Below are positions 1 through 8,093 of a stretch of DNA of 35,446 nucleotides, one piece after another; within the stretch, counting starts at the first letter, position 1; each line of letters opens with the position of its first letter. The notes under the pieces are model-generated. The model ran no database searches. It was not told where the DNA came from and saw nothing but the letters and a program-made list of their open reading frames with translations. The position numbers were made by a program, and so were the translations under genes. The stretch covers positions 1-35,446 of the forward strand of contig JBFISV010000001.1 in the NCBI GenBank assembly GCA_041608415.1, given 5' to 3'. This DNA comes from Woeseiaceae bacterium (lineage in GTDB: Bacteria; Pseudomonadota; Gammaproteobacteria; Steroidobacterales; Woeseiaceae).

Positions 1-1
1 C

Positions 2-520
2 ATCTGGGTCCACGGCGTCGCGGGCGGCGACCGCCGCCCGCCGCTTGACACGGACGGGTGTCTTGCGTTGCCCAATGCCACGCTGCGCGCGCTCGCGGAC
101 GAGTTTCTGCCGCTCGTAACACCCGTGATCGTGACGCGGCAGCTGAAGTGGGCCGACTCCGCCAAGCGCGCTGCGCTGCAGAATGAATTGCGCGCTGCAG
201 TTGCGCGCTGGGCTGCCGCGCTCGCGGCGGGCGACGTGCACGCGTATCTCTCGACGTACGCCGACGACTTCACCTACCGCGGCCTCACGATGCGGGAATG
301 GGCCTCACTGCGACTGCAGACGCTCGGCAATCGTGGCGAGAGCGAAGTCGCGATCGATGACCTGTTGCTGCTCGCGGATCCCGAAGAACAGGAACTCTAC
401 CTGAGCCGCTTCACGCACAGGGTGGCGCACGGAGACGAGCAAAGCATTACGACGAAGCGGCTCTACTGGCAGCGCGACACGGCAGGAGAGCTCAAGATCA
501 TTGCAGAGGACAACGGCTAG
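2..520 (+). CDS. L,D-transpeptidase (YkuD-type) family protein, 3' part; 5' end outside window
   Basis: The frame of ORF 68..520 stays open to the window edge. Upstream codons read IWVHGVAGGDRRPPLDTDGCLALPN, resembling the YkuD His...Gly-Cys catalytic motif. The C-terminal ~140 aa look like an NTF2/SnoaL-like appendage. Confidence 0.6.
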   Translation: MWVHGVAGGDRRPPLDTDGCLALPNATLRALADEFLPLVTPVIVTRQLKWADSAKRAALQNELRAAVARWAAALAAGDVHAYLSTYADDFTYRGLTMREWASLRLQTLGNRGESEVAIDDLLLLADPEEQELYLSRFTHRVAHGDEQSITTKRLYWQRDTAGELKIIAEDNG

Positions 521-1428
521 CGCGTGCTCTCGCGTGCGACGAGTTCGTCGATGACCTCGATCAACTGCGGGTAACCGCCGGCCTCGGAGCCGCCCGTGCG
601 GTATTTGCCGTTGACGACGATCGCGGGGACGGCCGCGATGCTGTAACGGCGAGCGAGGTCCGCGGCGACGCGCAGCTTCTGAGCGACCTCGAATGAATTC
701 CACGCCTTGTCGAATTGCTCGTCGCTGACTCCGAACCTGGCGAACAGGCGCCTGATCGACTGCTCGGTCAGCAGGCGGTTATTGCGCTCGTGATACTCGT
801 CGAATACGGCTTTGTGGAATCCCTCGCCGTCCTTGATGACGCCGTTGCGAACGAGCACTTCCTCGGCATAGAAGAGTTTGGCGTGGGTTTCGAGAACGTC
901 ATTCCACATCGCCGGCACCCGCACGAAGCGAACGTTCGACGGCTTGTTGGCGGCCCAGCGATTGATGGTCGGCTCGAGGTCGTAACAGTGCGGGCAGCCG
1001 TACCAGAAGAACTCCGCGACCTCGATCTTGTCGGCGCCGCCGATCGTCGGCTGGCTCGGTACGAGGCGCTGGTAATGCTGGCCCTCCCTGTACTTGTAGC
1101 TGACCTTGGGCGCCTTCGGTTCCACGCGCGCCAGCCGCAAGGCCTCTTCGCCCGAGTCGCTGGCTTCCGAGGCCGATTCCTCGACGATTTCGAGCGGCGT
1201 ATCGGGGTCGTCTTCGGCGTCCTGCTGCGGCGCGTCCGCCTCGACGGGGTCCATGGCCTGCCCTTCCGCGACCGGCGGTGATTCCTCCTCGACGGGCGCA
1301 GGCTGGTCCGTGCCGCAGGCTGCGAGGCAAAGGGCAAACGCCAGCACCGCGGCGCGCGCAGCGCCGATCACACCGGCCGCCGCAATCGGCCCGGTTCCCG
1401 AATCGCACATCGTCAAGGTACGCACCAT
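517..1428 (-). CDS. dsbA: thiol:disulfide interchange protein DsbA, predicted lipoprotein with acidic linker
   Basis: Active site FFWYGCPHCYDLEP (CPHC) and DsbA-like C-terminus VPAIVVNGKY. The ATG at 1426-1428 overlaps the cytochrome c4 stop (TAATG). The N-terminus carries lipobox LCLAAC, followed by a ~70-aa Asp/Glu-rich linker. An alternative start is at 1410. The Arg-rich upstream part of ORF 517..2034 is rejected. Confidence 0.85.
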   Translation of the reverse strand: MVRTLTMCDSGTGPIAAAGVIGAARAAVLAFALCLAACGTDQPAPVEEESPPVAEGQAMDPVEADAPQQDAEDDPDTPLEIVEESASEASDSGEEALRLARVEPKAPKVSYKYREGQHYQRLVPSQPTIGGADKIEVAEFFWYGCPHCYDLEPTINRWAANKPSNVRFVRVPAMWNDVLETHAKLFYAEEVLVRNGVIKDGEGFHKAVFDEYHERNNRLLTEQSIRRLFARFGVSDEQFDKAWNSFEVAQKLRVAADLARRYSIAAVPAIVVNGKYRTGGSEAGGYPQLIEVIDELVARESTR

Positions 1429-2057
1429 TACTTCAGTCCCTGCATGTAGGACGCGAGTGCCGCGATGTCCGCCTGGTTCAGTCGCTCGGCGATGCCGCGC
1501 ATAACCTGCGTGACGCCGTCGGATTTTCGCGCACCGGAGGCATAGTCGTTGAGGGTTTTCGCGGCGTAGGCGCTGTGCTGGCCGTTCAGCGCCGGGTAGC
1601 CGGCGGCAGGGTTGCCGCGACCGGTCGGGCCGTGACAGGCGATGCACGCCGGCACGCCTTTTTCGGCGTTGCCGCCACGGTACAGCGCCTCGGCGCGACT
1701 GACGAGGTCCGGATCGGCGACGGCCTGCGCGGCCATCGGCAGGGACTCGTAATACACGGCAAGGTTGCGCATGTCCTCGTCGGACAGCAGCATCGCCTGG
1801 CTCGACATGAGCGCGTTCTGGCGCGCACCTTTCTTGAAGGCCTCCAGCTGCGTCACGATGTACCTGGCCCCCTGCCCGGCAATGTTCGGCCACAGCGGCG
1901 TAACGCTGATACCGGCCGCGCCGTGACAGGCCGAGCACGTTACGGCCCTGGCCTTGCCGACCTCGGCGTCGCCGGTTACGAGGCTCTCGGCCCTGGCCTG
2001 GCTCACGGCCAGCGCGGATGCGGCGAGGGCGCAAATAAGGACGAACTGGATTCTCAT
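1428..2057 (-). CDS. cc4: dihaem cytochrome c4
   Basis: Signal peptide MRIQFVLICALAASALAVSQA. Two haem-binding motifs (CSACH and CIACH), each with a distal Met region. Classic cc4-dsbA adjacency next to engB/polA. Confidence 0.9.
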   Translation of the reverse strand: MRIQFVLICALAASALAVSQARAESLVTGDAEVGKARAVTCSACHGAAGISVTPLWPNIAGQGARYIVTQLEAFKKGARQNALMSSQAMLLSDEDMRNLAVYYESLPMAAQAVADPDLVSRAEALYRGGNAEKGVPACIACHGPTGRGNPAAGYPALNGQHSAYAAKTLNDYASGARKSDGVTQVMRGIAERLNQADIAALASYMQGLK

Positions 2058-2192
2058 AGGCTAAAACCGTTACTTCCTGGCGATGACCGGTGTCATCACA
2101 GTCGGGGTATATGTGGGTCGCGCCGCTGGATTAATGGCGCCAAGTGTCGTCAAATCGCCAAAATTATACACAGAATCCGGCGCGCATACCCC

Positions 2193-2810
2193 ATGTCCGA
2201 ATACCCCGAGGCCCGCTTTTTGAAGAGCGCGAACGCGCCTGCCCAATTCGTCGCCGACGAAGGCTGCGAGGTTGCGGTCGCCGGCCGTTCGAATGCCGGC
2301 AAGTCGAGCGCCATCAACGTGATCGTCAACCGGCGCCAGTTTGCGCGCACGTCGAAAACCCCCGGACGCACCCAGCTCGTGAACTTTTTCGAGCTCGCGC
2401 CGGGCCGGCGACTCGTCGATCTGCCGGGCTACGGATTCGCGCGCGTCTCGGCAACGGTGCGGCGCCACTGGGGCCGGCTGCTCACTGATTATTTCGAGCG
2501 CCGCAAAAGCCTCGGGGGACTGTTGCTGGTTGTCGACAGCCGCCGTGGGCTGACCGAATTCGACCTGACCATGATCGAGTTCGCCGAAGCGGTGAGATTG
2601 CCCGTACACGTGCTGTTGACGAAAGCGGACAAGCTGAAGCGAGCGCAGCAGGCCGGCGCCCTGCAGGACGTCGCGGAAGCGCTCGAGGGCCGCGCCAGCG
2701 TGCAGCTTTTTTCGGCGACGAAACGCACGGGCGAGCGCGAAGCCCGCGGGGTCCTCGAGCGCTTCCTTGCCGGATCCGGTCCTCGAGACGGGGACGGGCG
2801 CCATACTTAA
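2193..2810 (+). CDS. engB: ribosome biogenesis GTP-binding protein EngB/YihA
   Basis: G1 motif GRSNAGKSS, G3 motif DLPGYG, G4 motif TKADK. Start MSEYPEARFL at 2193. The long N-terminal extension of ORF 1278..2810 is rejected. Confidence 0.9.
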   Translation: MSEYPEARFLKSANAPAQFVADEGCEVAVAGRSNAGKSSAINVIVNRRQFARTSKTPGRTQLVNFFELAPGRRLVDLPGYGFARVSATVRRHWGRLLTDYFERRKSLGGLLLVVDSRRGLTEFDLTMIEFAEAVRLPVHVLLTKADKLKRAQQAGALQDVAEALEGRASVQLFSATKRTGEREARGVLERFLAGSGPRDGDGRHT

Positions 2811-2846
2811 AAAAAACCCCGGAACGATGCGGGTACAAGTCCGGGG
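2809..2846 (-). terminator. rho-independent terminator (minus strand)
   Basis: Minus strand reads CCCCGGA-(16 nt loop)-TCCGGGG followed by an 8-U tract (plus-strand A run 2809-2816). On the plus strand the hairpin is followed by cgattg, so it is not a convincing engB terminator. Confidence 0.6.
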
Positions 2847-2922
2847 CGATTGAAGCAATGCGGCTTGGGGCGGCCGCGTTGCGCCTGCCCGGGGAGGCAG
2901 GCAGGCGAGTGCCAAGGCACTC
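2809..2922 (-). ncRNA. candidate ~115-nt small RNA in the polA/engB spacer (positional analogue of Spot 42/ErsA)
   Basis: It begins ~100 nt downstream of the polA stop (3021). It is bounded by a sigma-E-like promoter (2929-2956) and the terminator (2809-2846). Predicted 5' hairpin GAGTGCC..GGCACTC (2907-2922), second hairpin GCCTGCC-N10-GGCAGGC, then a single-stranded stretch before the terminator. No plausible ORF. Confidence 0.45.
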
Positions 2923-2928
2923 GAGAGT

Positions 2929-2956
2929 TAAGATTCCCGTCCAAGCCGTTAGTTCC
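2929..2956 (-). promoter_or_regulatory. candidate extracytoplasmic-stress sigma (RpoE/AlgU-type) promoter
   Basis: Minus strand reads GGAACTA-N16-TCTTA. The remembered consensus is GGAACTT-N16/17-TCnnA. It is preceded by an AT-rich stretch with repeated AAGATT. Confidence 0.4.
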
Positions 2957-3020
2957 CGGCAATCCGTAAATCTTTGAATTAGATAATCTTTTTGCGCGGC
3001 CAGGGCGACCCGCGACGGGC

Positions 3021-5720
3021 TCAATGGGCTTCGTCCCAGTTGCGGCCGAACGCGGCATCGACGGCCAGAGGCACGTCGAGATCGGCGGCGGTGGTCATGA
3101 GTTCGACGACCGCGTCGCGGGCTTGCTCCATGTCGTCCGCCTTGACCTCGAGCACGAGTTCGTCGTGCACCTGCATGATCATGCGTGCGTCGACGTTCGA
3201 GGATCGCAGCCAGTCGTGCACCGAAATCATCGCCCGCTTGATGATGTCCGCTGCCGTGCCCTGCATCGGCGCATTGATGGCGCTACGCTCGGCGTACTGG
3301 CGCCGCGCCGCGTTCGACGCCTTGATTTCCGGCAGGTACAGACGGCGCCCGAACACGGTTTCGACGTATCCCTGCTCACGCGCGAGCTCGCGCGTACTGT
3401 CCATGAACGATTTCACGCCCGGGTAGCGGTCGAAATACAGGTCGACGTATTGTTGCGCTTCGCCGCGGGTGAGGTCGAGTTGTTTCGCGAGCCCGAACGC
3501 GGACATGCCGTACATCAGGCCGAAGTTGATGGCCTTCGCTGCGCGCCGCTCCTCGGCACTGACGTCGTCGAGCGCGACGCCGAATACTTCGGCTGCCGTG
3601 GCGCGATGTACGTCTTTTCCCTCGGCAAAGGCCTGACGGAGACCGGCGTCCGCCGACAGGTGCGCCATGATTCGAAGTTCGATTTGCGAATAATCGGCCG
3701 CAAGCAGCTGGTAGCCGTCGGGCGCGACGAATGCCTGCCGGATGCGCCGCCCCTCTTCGGTCCGGATCGGAATGTTTTGCAGGTTAGGGTCGGTCGACGA
3801 GAGCCGGCCCGTGGCGGCGACCGCCTGATGATAGGAGGTGTGGACGCGCCCCGTACGCTCGTCGATCTGCAGCGGCAGCTTGTCGGTGTAGGTGCTCTTC
3901 AGTTTGCTGACGCTGCGGTAGTCGATGATCACGCGCGGCAGATCGAATTCCTGTGCGAGTTCGGCAAGCACGTCCTCGGCGGTGGATGGCTGGCCTTTCG
4001 GCGTCTTGCGAATGACCGGCAGTTCGAGTTCCTCGAACAGGATTTGCGTGAGCTGCTTGGGCGAGCCGAGATTAAAAGGTCCGCCGGCCAGCGCGTGGGC
4101 TTCGAGTTCCAGCGCGGCCATTTTCTTCGCCAGTGCCGTGCTTTGTCGCGCCAGCATGGTGCGGTCGATGAGCACGCCGGTCTCCTCCATCGCGAGCAGT
4201 ACCGGAACGAGCGGCTGTTCGATGTCTTCGTAGACGGATTGCAGTGCGGCGACTTCGCCGAGCGACTGCCACAGGGTTTCGTGCAGCCTGAGCGTGATGT
4301 CGGCGTCCTCGGCGGCATAGGGCGCCGCGACCTCGAGGTCGACCTCGTTGAAACGCAGCTGTTTGGCGCCTTTGCCCGCGACGTCCTCGTACTTGACGGT
4401 GTCGACGCCGAGGTAGTGCCGCGCTGCCGAGTCCATGTCGTGGCGCGTCGCGACGCTGTTCAGCACATAGGATTCGAGCATCGAATCGTACGCCATGCCG
4501 GACAGCGCAATGTCGTAACGGGCGAACACGTGTGCGTCGTACTTCAGGTGATGGCCGAGCTTCTTGCGCCCAGGATCCTCGAGGTAGGGCCTGAGCTTTG
4601 CCAGCACCGCGTCGCGCGGCAGCTGCTCGGGTGCGCCCGGGTAGTCGTGTGCGAGCGGAATATAGGCGGCGCTGCCGGGCTCGACGGCCAGGGAGATGCC
4701 CACGATCTCGGCCTGCATGTAATCGAGACTCGTCGTCTCGGTGTCGATCGCGACGAGGTCCGCCGCATTGATCGCCTCGAACCAGCGCCCGAATGCCTCC
4801 CAGTCCAGCACCGTTTCATAGTCGCCCCGCGCCCCGCCCGGTGCGCTCGCGGCCGCCGCGCCGTTCGCCTGCGCATCGAGCTGTTTTGCGAGCGTCTTCA
4901 GGTCGTATTCGGCGTAAAGATCTCTGAGCGCCGCAATGTCGGGTTCGGTCGCGTGCAGGTCCTCGAGCGAGACCGGCAGATCGACGTCGGTGCGGATCCT
5001 CGCCAGCTCGCGAGACAGCTCGAGCTTCTCGATGTTGTTGCGAAGGTTCTCGCCGACCTTGCCCTTGATCTCGCTCGCGCCGGCAACGATTTCGTCGGCG
5101 CTCGCATAAAGATTGAGCCATTTTGCGGCAGTCTTGGGGCCGACGCCGGGCACACCCGGGATGTTGTCCGACGTGTCGCCGACGAGCGCGAGGTAATCGA
5201 CGAACTGCTCCGGCCAGACGTCGAACTTTTTCCTGACGCCGTCCCTGTCGAGCACCGTGTCGTCCATCGTGTTGACGAGCGTGACCGCGTCGTTCACGAG
5301 CTGCGCGAGATCCTTGTCACCGGTCGAAACGAGAACCTTCTTGCCGGCTTGCGTCGCGGTGTGGCACAGGGTGCCGATGACATCGTCGGCCTCGACGCCG
5401 TCGATCTGCAACAGCGGCAGGCCCATTGCCCGCACCGCGTCGCGGATCGGTTCGACCTGCGAGCGCAGCTCGTCGGGCATCGGCGGCCGTGTCGCCTTGT
5501 AGTCGGGATAGATGTCGTCGCGGAAGGTCTTGCCCGGCGCGTCGAACACGACCGCGACCGGCGCGCCGCTCTGTTCGCGCACGAGCTTGTTGATCATGTT
5601 GAGTACGCCGTGCAGTGCGCCGGTCGGTGCGCCTTTCGAATTGCTCAGGGACGGCAGGGCGTGAAACGCCCGGTAGAGGTACGACGATCCGTCAACGAGA
5701 ACGAGGTCCGGCCCGGCCAT
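3021..5720 (-). CDS. polA: DNA polymerase I
   Basis: 899 aa. 5'-nuclease N-terminus LVDGSSYLYRAFHA; 3'-5' exonuclease motif AIDTETTSLD; polymerase motif A LLAADYSQIELRIMAH; motif B RRAAKAINFGLMYG; motif C QVHDELV. Confidence 0.97.
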   Translation of the reverse strand: MAGPDLVLVDGSSYLYRAFHALPSLSNSKGAPTGALHGVLNMINKLVREQSGAPVAVVFDAPGKTFRDDIYPDYKATRPPMPDELRSQVEPIRDAVRAMGLPLLQIDGVEADDVIGTLCHTATQAGKKVLVSTGDKDLAQLVNDAVTLVNTMDDTVLDRDGVRKKFDVWPEQFVDYLALVGDTSDNIPGVPGVGPKTAAKWLNLYASADEIVAGASEIKGKVGENLRNNIEKLELSRELARIRTDVDLPVSLEDLHATEPDIAALRDLYAEYDLKTLAKQLDAQANGAAAASAPGGARGDYETVLDWEAFGRWFEAINAADLVAIDTETTSLDYMQAEIVGISLAVEPGSAAYIPLAHDYPGAPEQLPRDAVLAKLRPYLEDPGRKKLGHHLKYDAHVFARYDIALSGMAYDSMLESYVLNSVATRHDMDSAARHYLGVDTVKYEDVAGKGAKQLRFNEVDLEVAAPYAAEDADITLRLHETLWQSLGEVAALQSVYEDIEQPLVPVLLAMEETGVLIDRTMLARQSTALAKKMAALELEAHALAGGPFNLGSPKQLTQILFEELELPVIRKTPKGQPSTAEDVLAELAQEFDLPRVIIDYRSVSKLKSTYTDKLPLQIDERTGRVHTSYHQAVAATGRLSSTDPNLQNIPIRTEEGRRIRQAFVAPDGYQLLAADYSQIELRIMAHLSADAGLRQAFAEGKDVHRATAAEVFGVALDDVSAEERRAAKAINFGLMYGMSAFGLAKQLDLTRGEAQQYVDLYFDRYPGVKSFMDSTRELAREQGYVETVFGRRLYLPEIKASNAARRQYAERSAINAPMQGTAADIIKRAMISVHDWLRSSNVDARMIMQVHDELVLEVKADDMEQARDAVVELMTTAADLDVPLAVDAAFGRNWDEAH

Positions 5721-5757
5721 GGCAGGGCTTCAGAGCGATGCCGGCTGAACGGGCAAG

Positions 5758-5922
5758 TCAGTCGTCATCGTCGGCCTCGTCCTGCGATCTGCCGTCATCG
5801 GGCCCCGATGCCGGCTGCGCCTCGCCGGGCTCGCCCGGCAGGTACAGTGGCCCGGTCTGGCCGCAGCCGCACAGCAGCGCAACGAATATCGCGGCGAACG
5901 CAAAACTGATTCGGATCGTCAT
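5758..5922 (-). CDS. lptM: LPS-assembly lipoprotein LptM (YifL family)
   Basis: MTIRISFAFAAIFVALLCGCGQTGPLYLPG: a lipobox followed by the conserved GPLYLP signature, then an acidic tail. The start at 5922 is preferred over 5949. Confidence 0.7.
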   Translation of the reverse strand: MTIRISFAFAAIFVALLCGCGQTGPLYLPGEPGEAQPASGPDDGRSQDEADDDD

Positions 5923-5976
5923 TCCGGTTTCCAGGCGGCTGGCGTTCAAGGCGCACGATTATATCGGCCGCGAGCT

Positions 5977-7161
5977 TCAATCGGCGTACTTTTTGGCAAC
6001 CTGGCGGTACGCGTCGCGAAACGACAGGTTTTCTTCCCGTACGAGGCGGTAGGCTTCTGCGGTCGCGTACACGCCGTCGTCGATCTTTATGTTCTCGGGC
6101 AAAAAGCGCACACCGGTCAGGACGAAGGTCATGATGTCCACGCTGTCGACGGCGAGGTCGATGCCGCGAAACAGCGGCGGCTTCAGGCGCTGCAGATCGC
6201 GCTGGTAGCCCGAGGGCAGTTTCGCGGTAATCATGAGCGTCTCGTCGAGGCAGGCCTGCGCCGTTGCCGAAGAGGCGCGCAACAGCTCGAGCACGTCGGG
6301 GTTGCGCTTCTGCGGCATGATCGAGGAGCCCGTTGTGACCTCCGGCGCAAGCGACACATAGGCGAACTCCTGCGTATAAAAGAGCAGCAGGTCCGACGCC
6401 ATGCGGCCGAGGTCCTGCAACAACAAGGTGATCTCGAACAGCACGCCGCTCTCGGCCTTGCCGCGTGACAGCTGCACGGCCGTGACCGGAGATTGCGTAG
6501 TGCCGAAGCCGAGCGTTGCCGTAAGCAGTTCGCGATCGAGGGGCAGGCCCGGCGTCCCGTAACCCGCCGCCGAACCGAGTGGATTCTTGTCGACGCGCCG
6601 GCGGGCCGCGCCGAGGCCGGCGCCGGCATCGGCGAACGCCGCGTCGTAACCGCCGCACCAGAGCGCGACCGACGACGGCATCGCCTGTTGCATATGCGTG
6701 TAGCCCGGTAATGGCAGCTCGCCCTGGCGCTCGGCGAGCGCGCCGATCGCTGCGCGCAGTTCGTCTACACGTGCGCGGAGCACGTCGATGGCATCGCGGA
6801 GGTAGAGGCGCAGCGCGGTCAGTACCTGGTCGTTGCGCGAGCGGCCCAGGTGCAGCCGGCCGCCGGCTGCGCCGATCGCCTCCGTCAGGCGCGTCTCGAG
6901 CGCCGTGTGTACGTCCTCGTCGTCGAGACCGATGCGCCACTCCCCCGCGGCGAACGAGTCGGCCAGCTCGGCAAGGCCGCAGCAGATGGCGTCGCAGTCA
7001 GCCTCGGATATCAGGCCCGCGGATGCGAGCATGCGGGCATGTGCGGTGGACCCGCGGACGTCGTAAGCGACCAGCCGCGCATCGAGGCGGTGGTCCTCGC
7101 CGGCCGTGTAGCGGAGGATGCGCTCGTCGAGCGGCAGCCCCTTGTCCCACAGGCGGCTCAT
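5977..7161 (-). CDS. argH: argininosuccinate lyase (short, Bacteroidetes/Xanthomonas-like type)
   Basis: MSRLWDKGLPLDERILRYTAGEDHRLD..., GRSRNDQV, and fumarate-lyase signature GSSIMPQKRNPD. The ATG at 7159-7161 overlaps the argB stop (ATGA). Confidence 0.92.
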   Translation of the reverse strand: MSRLWDKGLPLDERILRYTAGEDHRLDARLVAYDVRGSTAHARMLASAGLISEADCDAICCGLAELADSFAAGEWRIGLDDEDVHTALETRLTEAIGAAGGRLHLGRSRNDQVLTALRLYLRDAIDVLRARVDELRAAIGALAERQGELPLPGYTHMQQAMPSSVALWCGGYDAAFADAGAGLGAARRRVDKNPLGSAAGYGTPGLPLDRELLTATLGFGTTQSPVTAVQLSRGKAESGVLFEITLLLQDLGRMASDLLLFYTQEFAYVSLAPEVTTGSSIMPQKRNPDVLELLRASSATAQACLDETLMITAKLPSGYQRDLQRLKPPLFRGIDLAVDSVDIMTFVLTGVRFLPENIKIDDGVYATAEAYRLVREENLSFRDAYRQVAKKYAD

Positions 7162-8093
7162 GTCGACCCGCCGCCCTGTTGTTCCGCGGGCGTCAGCGCG
7201 TTGATGTCGTTGACGACCAGCGTGCCCGTGCCCTCGTTCGTGAAGACCTCGAGCAGCAGGCTGTCGGGCATCCGGTAGGAGATGACATGCACGCGCCGAA
7301 CCCCGTTTGCGAGCGCCGCGTCGATTGCCGCTGCTTTGGGTAACATGCCGTCGGCGAGCTTGCCGTCGTCGCGCAATTTGTCGAGTCTCGCGCGGTCGAT
7401 GTAGCTGATGAGCGAGGAGGGGTCGTCGACGTCTTCGAGTATGCCGGCCGCGCCGGTCGAAAGAATCAGTTTTTCGGCATCGAGTTCGGCGGCGATCGCC
7501 GCGGCCACGGTGTCGGCGTTGATGTTGAGCAGGGTTCCGGACTCGTCGCACGACAGCGGGCTGACGACGGGCATGAGCCCGTTGTCGAGCTGTTTTCTGA
7601 TCACATCGGCGTCGACCGCGTCGATGTCGCCGACGAAGCCGTAATCGACGGGGGCCTCGCCCGCACGCACGACGGGAGGGCGACGGTGCGCGCGAATCAG
7701 CCCGGCGTCGACGCCGCTGATGCCGACGGCCGGTATCTGCAGGTCGCGGCACGCGGCGAGGACTCGTGTATTGATCTGCCCGTTCAACACCATCATCGCG
7801 ACATCGAGCGATGCGCCGTCGGTGACGCGGCGGCCGTCGATGAAGGTCGAATCGAGGCCGAGCGCCGCTGCGAGCCGGGTCGACTGGGGACCGCCGCCAT
7901 GCACGAGCACGATGCGGATGCCGACCTGGTGCAGGATACCGACCTGCTCCATGAGTGCCGATGTATCGGCGGCATCCGCAAAAATCTCGCCGCCGGCCTT
8001 GAGGACGAAAACCTTGCCTTTGAAAAGCCTGATGTAGGGGGCGGCGTGCTTCAGCGCCGAAACGACGATCGCCCGGTTCCCTTTGCCGTTCAT
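7158..8093 (-). CDS. argB: acetylglutamate kinase (kinase domain only, no fused GNAT/NAGS domain)
   Basis: Amino-acid kinase motifs FVLKAGGE, VLVHGGGPQ, NINADT. 311 aa. The ATG at 8091-8093 overlaps the argF' stop (ATGA). Confidence 0.9.
   Translation of the reverse strand: MNGKGNRAIVVSALKHAAPYIRLFKGKVFVLKAGGEIFADAADTSALMEQVGILHQVGIRIVLVHGGGPQSTRLAAALGLDSTFIDGRRVTDGASLDVAMMVLNGQINTRVLAACRDLQIPAVGISGVDAGLIRAHRRPPVVRAGEAPVDYGFVGDIDAVDADVIRKQLDNGLMPVVSPLSCDESGTLLNINADTVAAAIAAELDAEKLILSTGAAGILEDVDDPSSLISYIDRARLDKLRDDGKLADGMLPKAAAIDAALANGVRRVHVISYRMPDSLLLEVFTNEGTGTLVVNDINALTPAEQQGGGST

Noticed and set aside
517-2034. 505-aa ORF extending dsbA upstream across cytochrome c4
   Set aside because: The upstream 200 aa are Arg-rich nonsense read out of frame over the cc4 gene. 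The TAATG junction at 1426-1430 and the lipoprotein signal peptide define the real dsbA start.
2811-2850. The hairpin at 2817-2846 as a bidirectional terminator also serving engB
   Set aside because: On the plus strand the stem is followed by cgattgaag, with no U-tract. The A-run precedes the stem, so only the minus-strand orientation looks intrinsic.
3024-5909. 961-aa ORF on the plus strand, opposite polA
   Set aside because: Shadow ORF typical of GC-rich DNA. Its composition is Arg/Gly/Val/Asp-rich with no recognisable motifs. The opposite strand encodes an unambiguous full-length PolA.
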